A stretch of DNA of 64,000 nucleotides from an uncultured Christensenellaceae bacterium (GTDB lineage: Bacteria; Bacillota; Clostridia; Christensenellales; Pumilibacteraceae), in assembly GCA_910586925.1 (NCBI GenBank), contig CAJUKG010000010.1, positions 9,817-73,816 of the forward strand. Direction: 5' to 3'. A model generated the notes under the pieces. That model did not search any database. It was given only the letters and a program-made list of their open reading frames with translations, and was not told where the DNA came from. Made by a program: the position numbers and the translations under genes. The first letter of the stretch is position 1. The number at the start of each line of letters is the position of its first letter. Positions 33,957 to 43,300 of the stretch are shown piece after piece.

Positions 33957-35042
33957 TCATTTTTTATTCGCTTTCATCATGTCGACGAAACGCTCGAAAA
34001 GAAGCTCCATGTCTTTCGGTCCGCCGCACGCCTCGGGGTGGAACTGCACCGAGAACGCGGGTGCGCAGGTATAGTCTATTCCCTCGACGGTCTTGTCGTT
34101 GGCGTTTATAAACCGCACTTTGCCGACGGCGGGGTCGAGGCTGTCCGCCTTTACCGCATAGCCGTGGTTCTGACTCGTTATGTACGTTCTGCCCGTTTCG
34201 AGATCTTTTACAGGTTGATTGCCGCCGCGGTGCCCGTACTTGAGTTTGACGGTTTGCGCCCCGAACGACAATGCCATGAGCTGATGCCCGAGGCAAATCC
34301 CGAATGTCGGGAGTTTATGCGCATTGAGCTTTTTCAGTTCTTCGATAACGCCTGTGTTGTCGGCGGGATTGCCTCCGCCGTTTGAGAGCATTATGCCGTC
34401 GGGATCGTACGCCATTACCTGTTCCGCCGTCGTGTTATACGGCACGCGCACGACGCTGCAACCGTACTTTTCGAGCATGCGCTCGATATTGCGTTTCGCG
34501 CCGAAATCGTACAGCACGACGCGATACTTATGCGTTTCGTCGGGCTTGTTGATTTCCGTCGGCTCTTTGCACGAAGTTTTTTCCACCGCGCCATTCACCT
34601 TGTACTTCTTGATCTGCGCGATTTTCTCGGGCAGATCCTTGAGGCTGTCGGTGATCATTGCGTTCATGACGCCGGCACTGCGGATTTTGCGGGTCAATGC
34701 CCGCGTATCTATCCCCGCGATGCCGACGATATTGTACTTTTTGAGATAGTCGTCAAGCTCGCTCTCCTTGCGGTAATTCGACCCGACGTCGCACAGCTCG
34801 CGAACTATATAGCCGCGAAGCTCGGGTTTGTCGCTTTCCGCATCCGATTCGATCGCGCCGTAATTACCTATCATGGGAAAGGTATGCATTACTATCTGAC
34901 CGTAATAGCTCGGATCGCTCAATGTGAGCAGGTAGCCGCACATCGACGTGGTAAAAACCGCCTCGCCGATTACGGTACCGCTTCCGCCGATTGCCGTGCC
35001 GGTATACACCGTGCCGTCTTTCATTATCAAGTATCTTTCCAT
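33957..35042 (-). CDS. carA: Carbamoyl-phosphate synthase small (glutaminase) subunit
   Basis: Start at MERYLIMKDGTVYTG (ATG 35042, GGAGAA RBS); the track start is 35060. Motifs: FGICLGHQ, VQFHPEA. Confidence 0.9.
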   Translation of the reverse strand: MERYLIMKDGTVYTGTAIGGSGTVIGEAVFTTSMCGYLLTLSDPSYYGQIVMHTFPMIGNYGAIESDAESDKPELRGYIVRELCDVGSNYRKESELDDYLKKYNIVGIAGIDTRALTRKIRSAGVMNAMITDSLKDLPEKIAQIKKYKVNGAVEKTSCKEPTEINKPDETHKYRVVLYDFGAKRNIERMLEKYGCSVVRVPYNTTAEQVMAYDPDGIMLSNGGGNPADNTGVIEELKKLNAHKLPTFGICLGHQLMALSFGAQTVKLKYGHRGGNQPVKDLETGRTYITSQNHGYAVKADSLDPAVGKVRFINANDKTVEGIDYTCAPAFSVQFHPEACGGPKDMELLFERFVDMMKANKK

Positions 35043-35058
35043 GATATTCTCCGAATAC

Positions 35059-35083
35059 AATTAAAAATTAATAATTAACAATT
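35059..35083 (-). promoter_or_regulatory. 25-nt A/T-only box AATTGTTAATTATTAATTTTTAATT (minus strand), 17-41 nt upstream of the carA ATG
   Basis: It differs at 1 position from the box at 57845..57869 upstream of purA. Confidence 0.5.
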
Positions 35084-35104
35084 AAGGATTATTTAACCTT
35101 TATG

Positions 35105-36511
35105 TCAGTTGCCGTCGAACGTGTTTTTGAGCATGGGCGTTACGTGCGCGGGATAGTCGCCCGTAAAGCAACCCGTGCAGAACGACGTATGCGGCGAGAT
35201 GGCTTTTAAGTTTTCGAGCGACAGATATTCGAGGCTGTCCGCGCCTATCTTTTTGCAAATGCCGTCCACGTCGTAATGATTGGCTATGAGCTTGTCGCGG
35301 TCGTCTATATCTGTGCCGAAATAACATTCGTACTTAAACGGCGGCGAGCTTATGCGCATATGCACTTCTTTCGCGCCCGCGTTGCGCAACATTTTGATTA
35401 TGCGCGTACTCGTAGTGGAACGCACTATCGAATCGTCGATGAGCACTATGCGCTTCCCCTCGACCGTCGAACGTATCGGGTTGAGCTTGACGTTTACCGC
35501 GCTCTCGCGCTTGACCTGATCGGGCAATATAAACGAACGCCCGACGTACTTGTTTTTGACAAACGCCGGGACAATGGGTATACCCGATTCCTGCGAATAC
35601 CCCTGCGCCGCTACAAGCCCCGAATCGGGCACGCCGCAAACGTAATCGGCGTCGGTGGGGTTCTGACGGTACAACGCCCGTCCCATTTGCTCACGGGCTT
35701 TATACACGCTTATTCCGTCGATAACCGAGTCGGGTCGCGCAAAATAAATAAATTCAAACACGCACAACCCGCTTTGCGACGCGTTGTCGAGCATGTATGT
35801 ATTGACGTTTCCTTTGGTATCGCAACTGACGACCTCGCCCGGTCTGACGTCACGGACGAACTCCGCACCGAGCGCGTCGAGCGCGCACGTTTCGGACGCG
35901 AAAACCGTCGCGTCGCCGATTTTACCCATACACAGCGGGCGAAAACCGTTGCGGTCGCGAACGGCTATCAGCTTGTCCTTCGTCGCAATGACTATCGAGA
36001 ACGCGCCCTCCACCATGTTCATGGCGTTCACGATCGCGCGTTCGAGGTCGTTACACTCGATCATTTTGCGAACGATGAGAATATTGAGTATCTCGGTATC
36101 GTTCGTCGTGTGTAGCACCATGCCCGACTGCACGAGGTCGCCGCGGATCTGCGCGGAGTTTGTGAGATTGCCGTTATGCGCGAGCGCGAGCGAGATCTTG
36201 CTGTGCACCGTTTCTATCGGCTGCGCGTTTTCGAGGTTGCACGAACCCGTCGTCGAATATCGCACGTGCCCTACGGCGACTTTGGACGAAGCGACAAACT
36301 CCAAATAATCGGAAGTAAAAACTTCCGAAACAAGTCCCATTCCTTTCTTGCACTTGAGCGTACCATCGACGAACGTGGCGATACCCGCGCTTTCCTCGCC
36401 TCTGTGCTGCAACGCCAAAAGCGCGCTTGCGGTGAGCGGAACGGCAGGTATTGCACGCGGCGATATAATGCCGCATACGCCGCATTCTTCTTTCGGTTTG
36501 TCGTAAATCAC
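35105..36511 (-). CDS. purF: Amidophosphoribosyltransferase
   Basis: GTG start. The 10-aa propeptide is followed by CGVCGI (Ntn Cys). Motifs: HNGNLTN, LIDDSIVRSTTS (PRPP loop). The start lies 1 nt after the ANTAR gene stop, with GAGG inside that gene's end. Confidence 0.9.
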   Translation of the reverse strand: MIYDKPKEECGVCGIISPRAIPAVPLTASALLALQHRGEESAGIATFVDGTLKCKKGMGLVSEVFTSDYLEFVASSKVAVGHVRYSTTGSCNLENAQPIETVHSKISLALAHNGNLTNSAQIRGDLVQSGMVLHTTNDTEILNILIVRKMIECNDLERAIVNAMNMVEGAFSIVIATKDKLIAVRDRNGFRPLCMGKIGDATVFASETCALDALGAEFVRDVRPGEVVSCDTKGNVNTYMLDNASQSGLCVFEFIYFARPDSVIDGISVYKAREQMGRALYRQNPTDADYVCGVPDSGLVAAQGYSQESGIPIVPAFVKNKYVGRSFILPDQVKRESAVNVKLNPIRSTVEGKRIVLIDDSIVRSTTSTRIIKMLRNAGAKEVHMRISSPPFKYECYFGTDIDDRDKLIANHYDVDGICKKIGADSLEYLSLENLKAISPHTSFCTGCFTGDYPAHVTPMLKNTFDGN

Positions 36512-36512
36512 T

Positions 36513-37079
36513 TTACATTGCCTCGTATGTCTTGAGAATTTCGAGCGCGATCTTTCGGCGCGAAGCGCGCTGTTCCATAGCGCGTTTTTCTATATACTTG
36601 TGCGCTTGTTCTTCCGAATACCCGAGCGAGCGCATGAGCACTATTTTTGCGCGATTGATATATTTCATGTCCTCGAGCTTACACGCAAGCTCGTCGTTTT
36701 TCGCCTTGAGTTCGCGAACCCGCGCACCCGCGACGATTATCAGCCGCACCGCTTCGAGCAGGTTGGTTTTGTATACCGGGCGCGGCATGGTGACTATTCC
36801 GAACGCGTTCAGTTCGTCCGCAAGTCGGTCGATACGCGTATAGTCGTCTATGAATATGCCGCCGCAGTAGTTCGCTTCGGCAAGGCTTATGGCGAGTTCG
36901 TTGCCGTGCTCGTCGAGAAGCCCGCTGTTGATTATGAAAAAGTCGAAAGGACGGCACAATGACGCTTGCCGCGCTTCGGCGGCAGTCGAGCAAACCACGC
37001 AATTCATTTTTTCGTGGTACAGCACGTCTGTCAATGCATGTTGACGTGCCGCGGTGTTTGCTACTATAAGTGCGTCCAA
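36513..37079 (-). CDS. ANTAR-domain RNA-binding antiterminator with a pseudo-receiver domain
   Basis: TTG start with an AAGGAGG RBS. The C-terminal sequence is INRAKIVLMRSLGYSEEQAHKYIEKRAMEQRASRRKIALEIL (ANTAR). In the N-terminal receiver-like fold the acidic pocket is replaced (ALIVANTAA where DD is usual; FFIINSG where the phospho-Asp is usual). Confidence 0.8.
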   Translation of the reverse strand: MDALIVANTAARQHALTDVLYHEKMNCVVCSTAAEARQASLCRPFDFFIINSGLLDEHGNELAISLAEANYCGGIFIDDYTRIDRLADELNAFGIVTMPRPVYKTNLLEAVRLIIVAGARVRELKAKNDELACKLEDMKYINRAKIVLMRSLGYSEEQAHKYIEKRAMEQRASRRKIALEILKTYEAM

Positions 37080-37184
37080 ATATGCCTCCTTGATTATTTT
37101 TCCGACGACATGCGGCGATCCGCTACACTACGCAAATGCGGGCTGCGTATCGCGTCGAACGCGTCGGCAAAAGCCGTACTCTTA

Positions 37185-38402
37185 TTATATATCGGCGAAC
37201 AGTTCGAACACTTCCCTGTCCGTTTCGAGCGATTGCTCGGTAGCACAGCGCGCGCGCATGGAATTGAGCACGTCGTCGTACACCCCGGGGATATTCTCGC
37301 GCAACCACTCGCTGTTCATCGCAAATTCGTGCGCGTCGTCGATCGCCGCGAACATTCTTTCGCCGCAATCGTCGCCGAGCTTGCGGAGCTTGTACTTGTT
37401 CTCTATGCCCTCGCGACCCGCCGCGAACACGAGCGACAGTACCGTAAAGATATTGCACGTGGAATCGGGGGTACGAAGCTGTATTATCTCGTCGTTCGCG
37501 CCGTATATGCGCATCGCCGTCTTTTTGCGCATGTTGCTGTACGCTATCGGGTACAGCGGTCTGATGCGCTTATAGCTGTTATACGTAGGGTTCGCGAAGC
37601 AAGTGATTTCTCTGTACCGACGCAGTACGCCCTCGGCGAATGCCTTGCTCGCCGACGCGGCATTCTTGCCGTCGAGCGTGATCGACAGGTGCAAACCGCT
37701 ACCCGCCATGCCGTTCATCGGTTTGGGCATGAACGACGCGACAGTGCCGTTAAGCGCGCACACGTTTTTCACCGCCGTCTTGAACATGACGAAGTTTCGC
37801 GCCGCAGATGCGGGATCCGCGCTCTCGAAGTCTATTTCGTTCTGACCCCTGCCGCGCTCGTGATGCGACGAAATAGGCTGAAGTCCCATATCCTCGAGGC
37901 TTATAATTACGTCGCGGCGCAGGTTCTCGCACTTGTCGTACGGCGAACACGCGCAATAATCGGCGTTATCGAAAGGAACAAGCTCGTCGGTAAGTTCTTC
38001 TTTGAACACGTAGAACTCGCACTCCGTCGCCACCTTTGCTTTCAGTCCCAGCTCGCTCAACTTCTGCACTTGCATGTCGAGCATCGCCATCGGATCGCAC
38101 ACGAACGGCGTGCCGTCCTCATTGTAAATATTGCAAAATACGCTCACCACCCTGCCCGAGTGCGGACGCCACGGCAATACCGACAGAAGCGACCAGACCG
38201 GCTTTAAGAGCAAGTCCACGCCGCCTACGCCCGTCATTGCCGCGCTGTCGATAGGCACGCCGTTCTCGTACGCGTCCTCGAGCTGCGAGGTAAGCACCGA
38301 GATATTGCGCTGTCTGCCCAAAAAATCGCAAAACGTGAGTTTAACGAATTTGACGTCGTTCTCTTGCAAATATTCAAACAATTCGCTCTTGCTGTTGGTC
38401 AT
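37185..38402 (-). CDS. Glutamine synthetase family protein (short, 405 aa, divergent)
   Basis: ECEFYVF, SSHHERGRGQNEIDF, KPMNGMAGSGLHLS and NSYKR are present. The C-terminal RxExRxPD..NPY region reads IIQLRTPDSTCNIF. Confidence 0.75.
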   Translation of the reverse strand: MTNSKSELFEYLQENDVKFVKLTFCDFLGRQRNISVLTSQLEDAYENGVPIDSAAMTGVGGVDLLLKPVWSLLSVLPWRPHSGRVVSVFCNIYNEDGTPFVCDPMAMLDMQVQKLSELGLKAKVATECEFYVFKEELTDELVPFDNADYCACSPYDKCENLRRDVIISLEDMGLQPISSHHERGRGQNEIDFESADPASAARNFVMFKTAVKNVCALNGTVASFMPKPMNGMAGSGLHLSITLDGKNAASASKAFAEGVLRRYREITCFANPTYNSYKRIRPLYPIAYSNMRKKTAMRIYGANDEIIQLRTPDSTCNIFTVLSLVFAAGREGIENKYKLRKLGDDCGERMFAAIDDAHEFAMNSEWLRENIPGVYDDVLNSMRARCATEQSLETDREVFELFADI

Positions 38403-38411
38403 GGTCGGCCC

Positions 38412-40043
38412 CTACATGAATTTCTTGACTTCGGAAAGTATCGCGTCGATACGCGCTTCCCCGCCCGTCGCCGCCGTGATATACACCTTGATGAGCGGCT
38501 CCGTTCCCGACGGGCGCACGATGAGCTTACTGCCGTCCTCGGCTTTGAACGAAAGCACGTCGGACTTCGGCAAGTCGAGCTTTGTCTGCGTGAGGTAATC
38601 TATATTCTCGACCACCTTCGAGCCGTCGATCGCGGTCGGCGGATTTTTACGCACCGACGCGAGCACTTCGCGCATCTTCGCCGCGCCCGATACGCCCTCG
38701 TAAGTGAACGACACGGTGCGGTGGTAATACTTGCCGTACTTGCCGTAGATCCCGTCGAGAACGTCGGCAAGCGTCTTGCCCTCGGCGAGATAGTCCGCCG
38801 CCATTTCCGCGACGAGCATGCTCGCAATGACAGCGTCTTTGTCGCGCACGTACGTGCCTGCGAGATAGCCGTAGCTCTCCTCGTAACCGAACACGAACCG
38901 TTCGCCTTCGTTCTTTTGCTCGAGCTTCTTGATGACCTCGCCGATATACTTAAACCCGGTAAGCACTTCGCGAACTTCCGCGCCGTACCCTTCGGCGACG
39001 CGCGCCGCAAGGTCTGTCGTGACTATCGTTTTGACGACGACGGGCTTCGCGGGCAAATTCTTTTTATGCGTGAAAATATAATCTATGAGAAGGACGCCCA
39101 TCTCGTTGCCGGTAATGAGTCTGTACCCGTCGGCGGTCTTTACCGCAGCACCGATACGGTCGGCGTCGGGGTCTGTACCTATAACGATATCGGCATTGTT
39201 CTTTTTCGCGAGCGCGATAGCAAGCTCGAGAGCCTGCGCCTTTTCGGGGTTTGGATACGGCGTCGTGGGGAAATTACCGTCTGGCTCGGCTTGTTCGGGC
39301 ACGACGGCGACTTTTTCAAACCCGCGCTCGCGGAACATTTGCGGCACGATCTTCGTGCCGGTGCCGTTGAGCGGAGTGTAGACTATGGACACGTTGCGGT
39401 TTTTGCCCACCGAACGCTCGTACACCGCGTCGAGATACTCGCGCGTGACGTCGACGAACTCTATGCTCCCGCTCGCGACCGCTTTATCGAAATCTTTCGC
39501 CTTGACGTCGAAAGTCTTTACTTTTTGGATATACCCGAATATTTCGGCGGCGGCGTTGTCGGTGACTTGACAGCCGTCCGCGCCGTACACCTTATACCCG
39601 TTGAACTTTGCGGGATTGTGACTCGCGGTTATCATGATACCCGCGTCGCAACCGAGTTTGCGCACCATGAACGACAGGTACGGCGTGGGGAACAGCTCGG
39701 CGGTTATGTACGCCTTGATGCCGTTCTCGGCGAGCACCGCCGCCGCGTAACGCGCGAACTCCTCCGAGAAATTGCGCGAATCGTAGCTTATCGCGACCGT
39801 CGCGCCCGATTTTTTGTGCGCGAGAACATAGTCGGCAAGCCCTTGCGTGACCTTGCCTATCGTGTAAACGTTGAGCCTGTTCGTGCCCGCGCCTATCACG
39901 CCGCGAAGTCCCGCGGTCCCGAACTCGAGATCTTTATAGAACGCTTCTTTGCGGTCATCCGCGCTCATCGCTTTAAGCTCCGCAACGCACTCGCCCGCAT
40001 TAGCGAGCCACTCTTGATACAGTTGTTGAATGTTGTTTTCCAT
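38412..40043 (-). CDS. Phosphoglucomutase/phosphomannomutase family phospho-sugar mutase
   Basis: TASHNPAKFNGYKVY (active-site Ser), GTDPDADR, GYEESYG, RPSGTEP. Confidence 0.9.
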   Translation of the reverse strand: MENNIQQLYQEWLANAGECVAELKAMSADDRKEAFYKDLEFGTAGLRGVIGAGTNRLNVYTIGKVTQGLADYVLAHKKSGATVAISYDSRNFSEEFARYAAAVLAENGIKAYITAELFPTPYLSFMVRKLGCDAGIMITASHNPAKFNGYKVYGADGCQVTDNAAAEIFGYIQKVKTFDVKAKDFDKAVASGSIEFVDVTREYLDAVYERSVGKNRNVSIVYTPLNGTGTKIVPQMFRERGFEKVAVVPEQAEPDGNFPTTPYPNPEKAQALELAIALAKKNNADIVIGTDPDADRIGAAVKTADGYRLITGNEMGVLLIDYIFTHKKNLPAKPVVVKTIVTTDLAARVAEGYGAEVREVLTGFKYIGEVIKKLEQKNEGERFVFGYEESYGYLAGTYVRDKDAVIASMLVAEMAADYLAEGKTLADVLDGIYGKYGKYYHRTVSFTYEGVSGAAKMREVLASVRKNPPTAIDGSKVVENIDYLTQTKLDLPKSDVLSFKAEDGSKLIVRPSGTEPLIKVYITAATGGEARIDAILSEVKKFM

Positions 40044-40235
40044 TATTCCTCCCTAATTTTGAAAAAAGAGAAATGTACAGCCGTTACACTTCTCTTTAAG
40101 ATTATTGAACTTGGATTGTAAGTTTTCATCAACATTAAGTTTAACAAATTTTTCCCCGACTGTCAAGCATTTTATTCATGTTTTCGATCGAGCCGACCCG
40201 CGCGGGCGCACACGAAATAGCAACGATCAAATTGC

Positions 40236-40272
40236 ACAAAAAATCCCGCAGGATCGCTCTTGCGGGAAGTTT
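40236..40272 (-). terminator. Rho-independent terminator of the giant gene
   Basis: Minus strand: CCCGCA-agagcgatcc-TGCGGG followed by ATTTTTTGTG. It lies about 40 nt after the stop at 40306. Confidence 0.6.
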
Positions 40273-40305
40273 TTGTTTTCCGTTAATTCTGTTTTCCGCT
40301 AATTA

Positions 40306-43300
40306 TCAGAACTCGTCGGGATTAAATCCGTCGGGGCTTGCGGGAGGCGGGTTGCCGCCGTTCGGAGCCGTCGGCTGTGCCGGCGGAACATTGCCCTGTT
40401 GCGGGGGCGGAGTGCTGCCCGATCCCGCGTTCAGCTGCAAGCTGTTCGGCGTGGGATTGTTCGCGCTTCCGCCGAGCATAAGCCCGGGATCGTTGACGGT
40501 CTGCTGCATAGGCGGCAGGTAGCCGAACGATTGATACGGTGCCGAGCCGCCGCTGCCGAGCCGCATCATTTCTTCTTCAAGCTCGATTTCGGCGTTGAGA
40601 AGCGACTCGATCTCTCTGCGCATCTTGCGCTTCTTGCATACGACAACGATTATGACGATGAGCAGTATGATGAACAGCAGTATCGCCGCGACTATGATCC
40701 AGAACCACATCCAGTTCGCTTCGATGAGCGAAATGGTGCTCTCGAACCAAGACTGTTCGGGCGCGTCGTGACACATGACCGTTATGGTCATATCGTACGA
40801 TCTGCCGGAGCTGTCGCTGACCTTGAGCGAAATGTCGGACGAACCGCGTCTGTTGAACTTGAGCAGTATGAACGCTCTGCCACCGTCGGCAGCCGTGTCG
40901 TAATCGAGCAATGCTTCCACTATTACCGACTGCGATGTGACGACAGGCGTGAGGAACGTCATTATGTCGTCTTTATCGGTATCTTCGAACCAATCCTCGG
41001 GATAGACCTTGAGCGTGCGATTCACGGGATCGGTAAGCATATTGACGGTATACTCGTAAACGGTTTTTTCGCCGCCCGCGTCCTTTTTGTATTTAGGCGG
41101 AGTATTGACGGATACCGTGATCGGCAAAATCCTCTTGACCGACACGCTGCCTGCCGCGAACTCCACTTCGAGTTTTACGGAAGCACCCTCGGTGCGGGCG
41201 TAAATGCGCCATTCGTCAATATCCGCGCCGCTTGCCGACGTCAACGCTTGCGTCGAACCGGGAGCGAAAACGGAAAGCTGCGGATTGCCGCCGTCGGTCA
41301 CTTCGGTGATCGACTTGATCGTATAGCCGCGCGCCTTATCGCCGAGCAGATCCTCGGTCGTGACGGTACGCGTAACGCCGTATGCGATGGAAATGGGTTC
41401 AAGCTCGTCGGCTACGTCTTCGAGCGGATCTGCGACCGTGATGTACAGGTTAAGCTCGAACACTTTGCCGTCCTGTATGCCCGCAGCCGAGCCGTCCTCG
41501 TAACCGCTGTCGACGATCGTGAGAGTCACCTTTTGGAAACCGTACAAGCCCGCGACCTGCGTTACGGTGAACAACTGATGCTGCGCGTTGTCGGCTTTCC
41601 AGTCGATATAGCACAGCGTGTCGGAAGTGTATTCGGTGTTGCCTTCCTCGTCGGTGTGCATGAGGTTGGGACCGTACATGATAGGCGCGTCCTCGCCTTC
41701 TTCGTGTCTGTCGTAAACGAGTATCGAGTCGATAAACGCGTAAGTAGGCGTGCGCTCCGCGTACTGCGGATCGTCGGCGCGGTAGTTATCGCCGTTGTCG
41801 TCCGCAATGAAGTCGAGAATACTGAAAGTCTTTACCGCATTGCCGACGTCCTCCTCGGTCGCGTCCTTGCCGAGACCCATGAGCGTGATATGCGTATCAA
41901 TGCCGGGCTTGAGCTTGGGCGCGATATTATCGACGGTCACGTTGATCGTGAGAATATCGGTAACGGCACCGCGCACCGAGTCGCGCAAACGCAGTTGGCA
42001 AGTTCCCACTTCGCCGCGCAGTGTGGACACGCACGTGAACATGATCTTGTCGAGCGTCGTGAGTCCGTACGCATTGCTCGTATCGCTTGTTTCGATATTG
42101 AACAGCGTGACGCCGTTGCCGTTCTTGAGTTTGCCGACTTTGCTGCTGTTGCCCATTTCGTCGACCGAACCCATAAGATTGCCGTCGCTCATTATAAGAC
42201 TCGTTTCGGTCGCGGTATTGAGCAACACGTACTTATCCATATCGACGTCGGCATCATTGATTATATCGGCGATGCGCACGTTGAGTTTGGACCCGCGCTC
42301 GACGGTGGCATTGAGGACATACCCGGTGTCGTCGGTGTACGTGAGCGAATAGCCGAGCCGCAGGATATCCGAAGAATCGGTTACCGTCTTGAGTTCGGGA
42401 ATATCGTTCTCGACACGAACGGTGATCGTGGTTTTGACAAGGTTCTTGTTGTTGGAAATACCCGAGCGCACGCCGATGGTATCCGCGCAGTATATATCCA
42501 CGCTGACGTCGGTATACGATACTTCGTTGCCGTTCGGATCGGGATTGCCCGTAAACACCTTGCGGTTGATCTTAATGGTGATCGACTTGCCGTCGCCCGA
42601 CGGAGTGACCGACAGAACGTCGCCCTTGCCTTTTACGGTTTCGTTTATGCCGCGGAATTCCGCACGGACATAGTTGATCGACTCCAAACCGCCGCTCGTG
42701 CTCGGATTGCGAATGAGGTCGTAATCGTAGAACAAGCCGAGTTCGGAATCCTGCGTGTCGTACAAATTCCAAGTGAGCGAGTCGCCCGCCGTACCCGTAA
42801 ACCGCAGGAACGACGATTCGCGGAGGCGCATTTCGCCTTCTTCGCCGGACGGAACTCTCGGATAGCCGGAGTTGAACGGCGATTCGGCGACCGCGACGAG
42901 CGCGGAGTTGGCAACCGACACGTTTGCAAACGCCGTCTTCATATCCATGGGACGGTCATTCTCGTCTCTGTAATCTTTTACAAGCTCGATATAGAGTTGT
43001 ATGTTCGCAAGCGCGGCATTGTTTTTCTCGGGCGAAATAGTAGCCGAGTTGGGAATGAATTCCAAAGTCTTGCCGTCTGCGGACAGCGACACCGAGAAGA
43101 AGCGCGAAACGTATGTCGCGACCTCGCCGTATCCGGGTTGAATAGACGAACCCTCGACGGAAACGAGCAGGCACGAATCGCGATCGAAATCGTCGCTTGT
43201 GTGACGGATCGGCTCGAAGTTATTCTCGCCGCGTTTGACAAGAAGCGCGTAGACATTGACGTCGTACTTCGCCGACGGCGCAGCGACATCGGAGTCGGAG

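Noticed and set aside
40306-40720. Sortase (LPXTG) or other classical Gram-positive anchoring signal at the C-terminus of the giant protein
   Set aside because: No LPXTG-like motif precedes the C-terminal TM helix, and the helix is followed by a 109-aa tail rather than a short basic stub. It is therefore not a sortase substrate by sequence.
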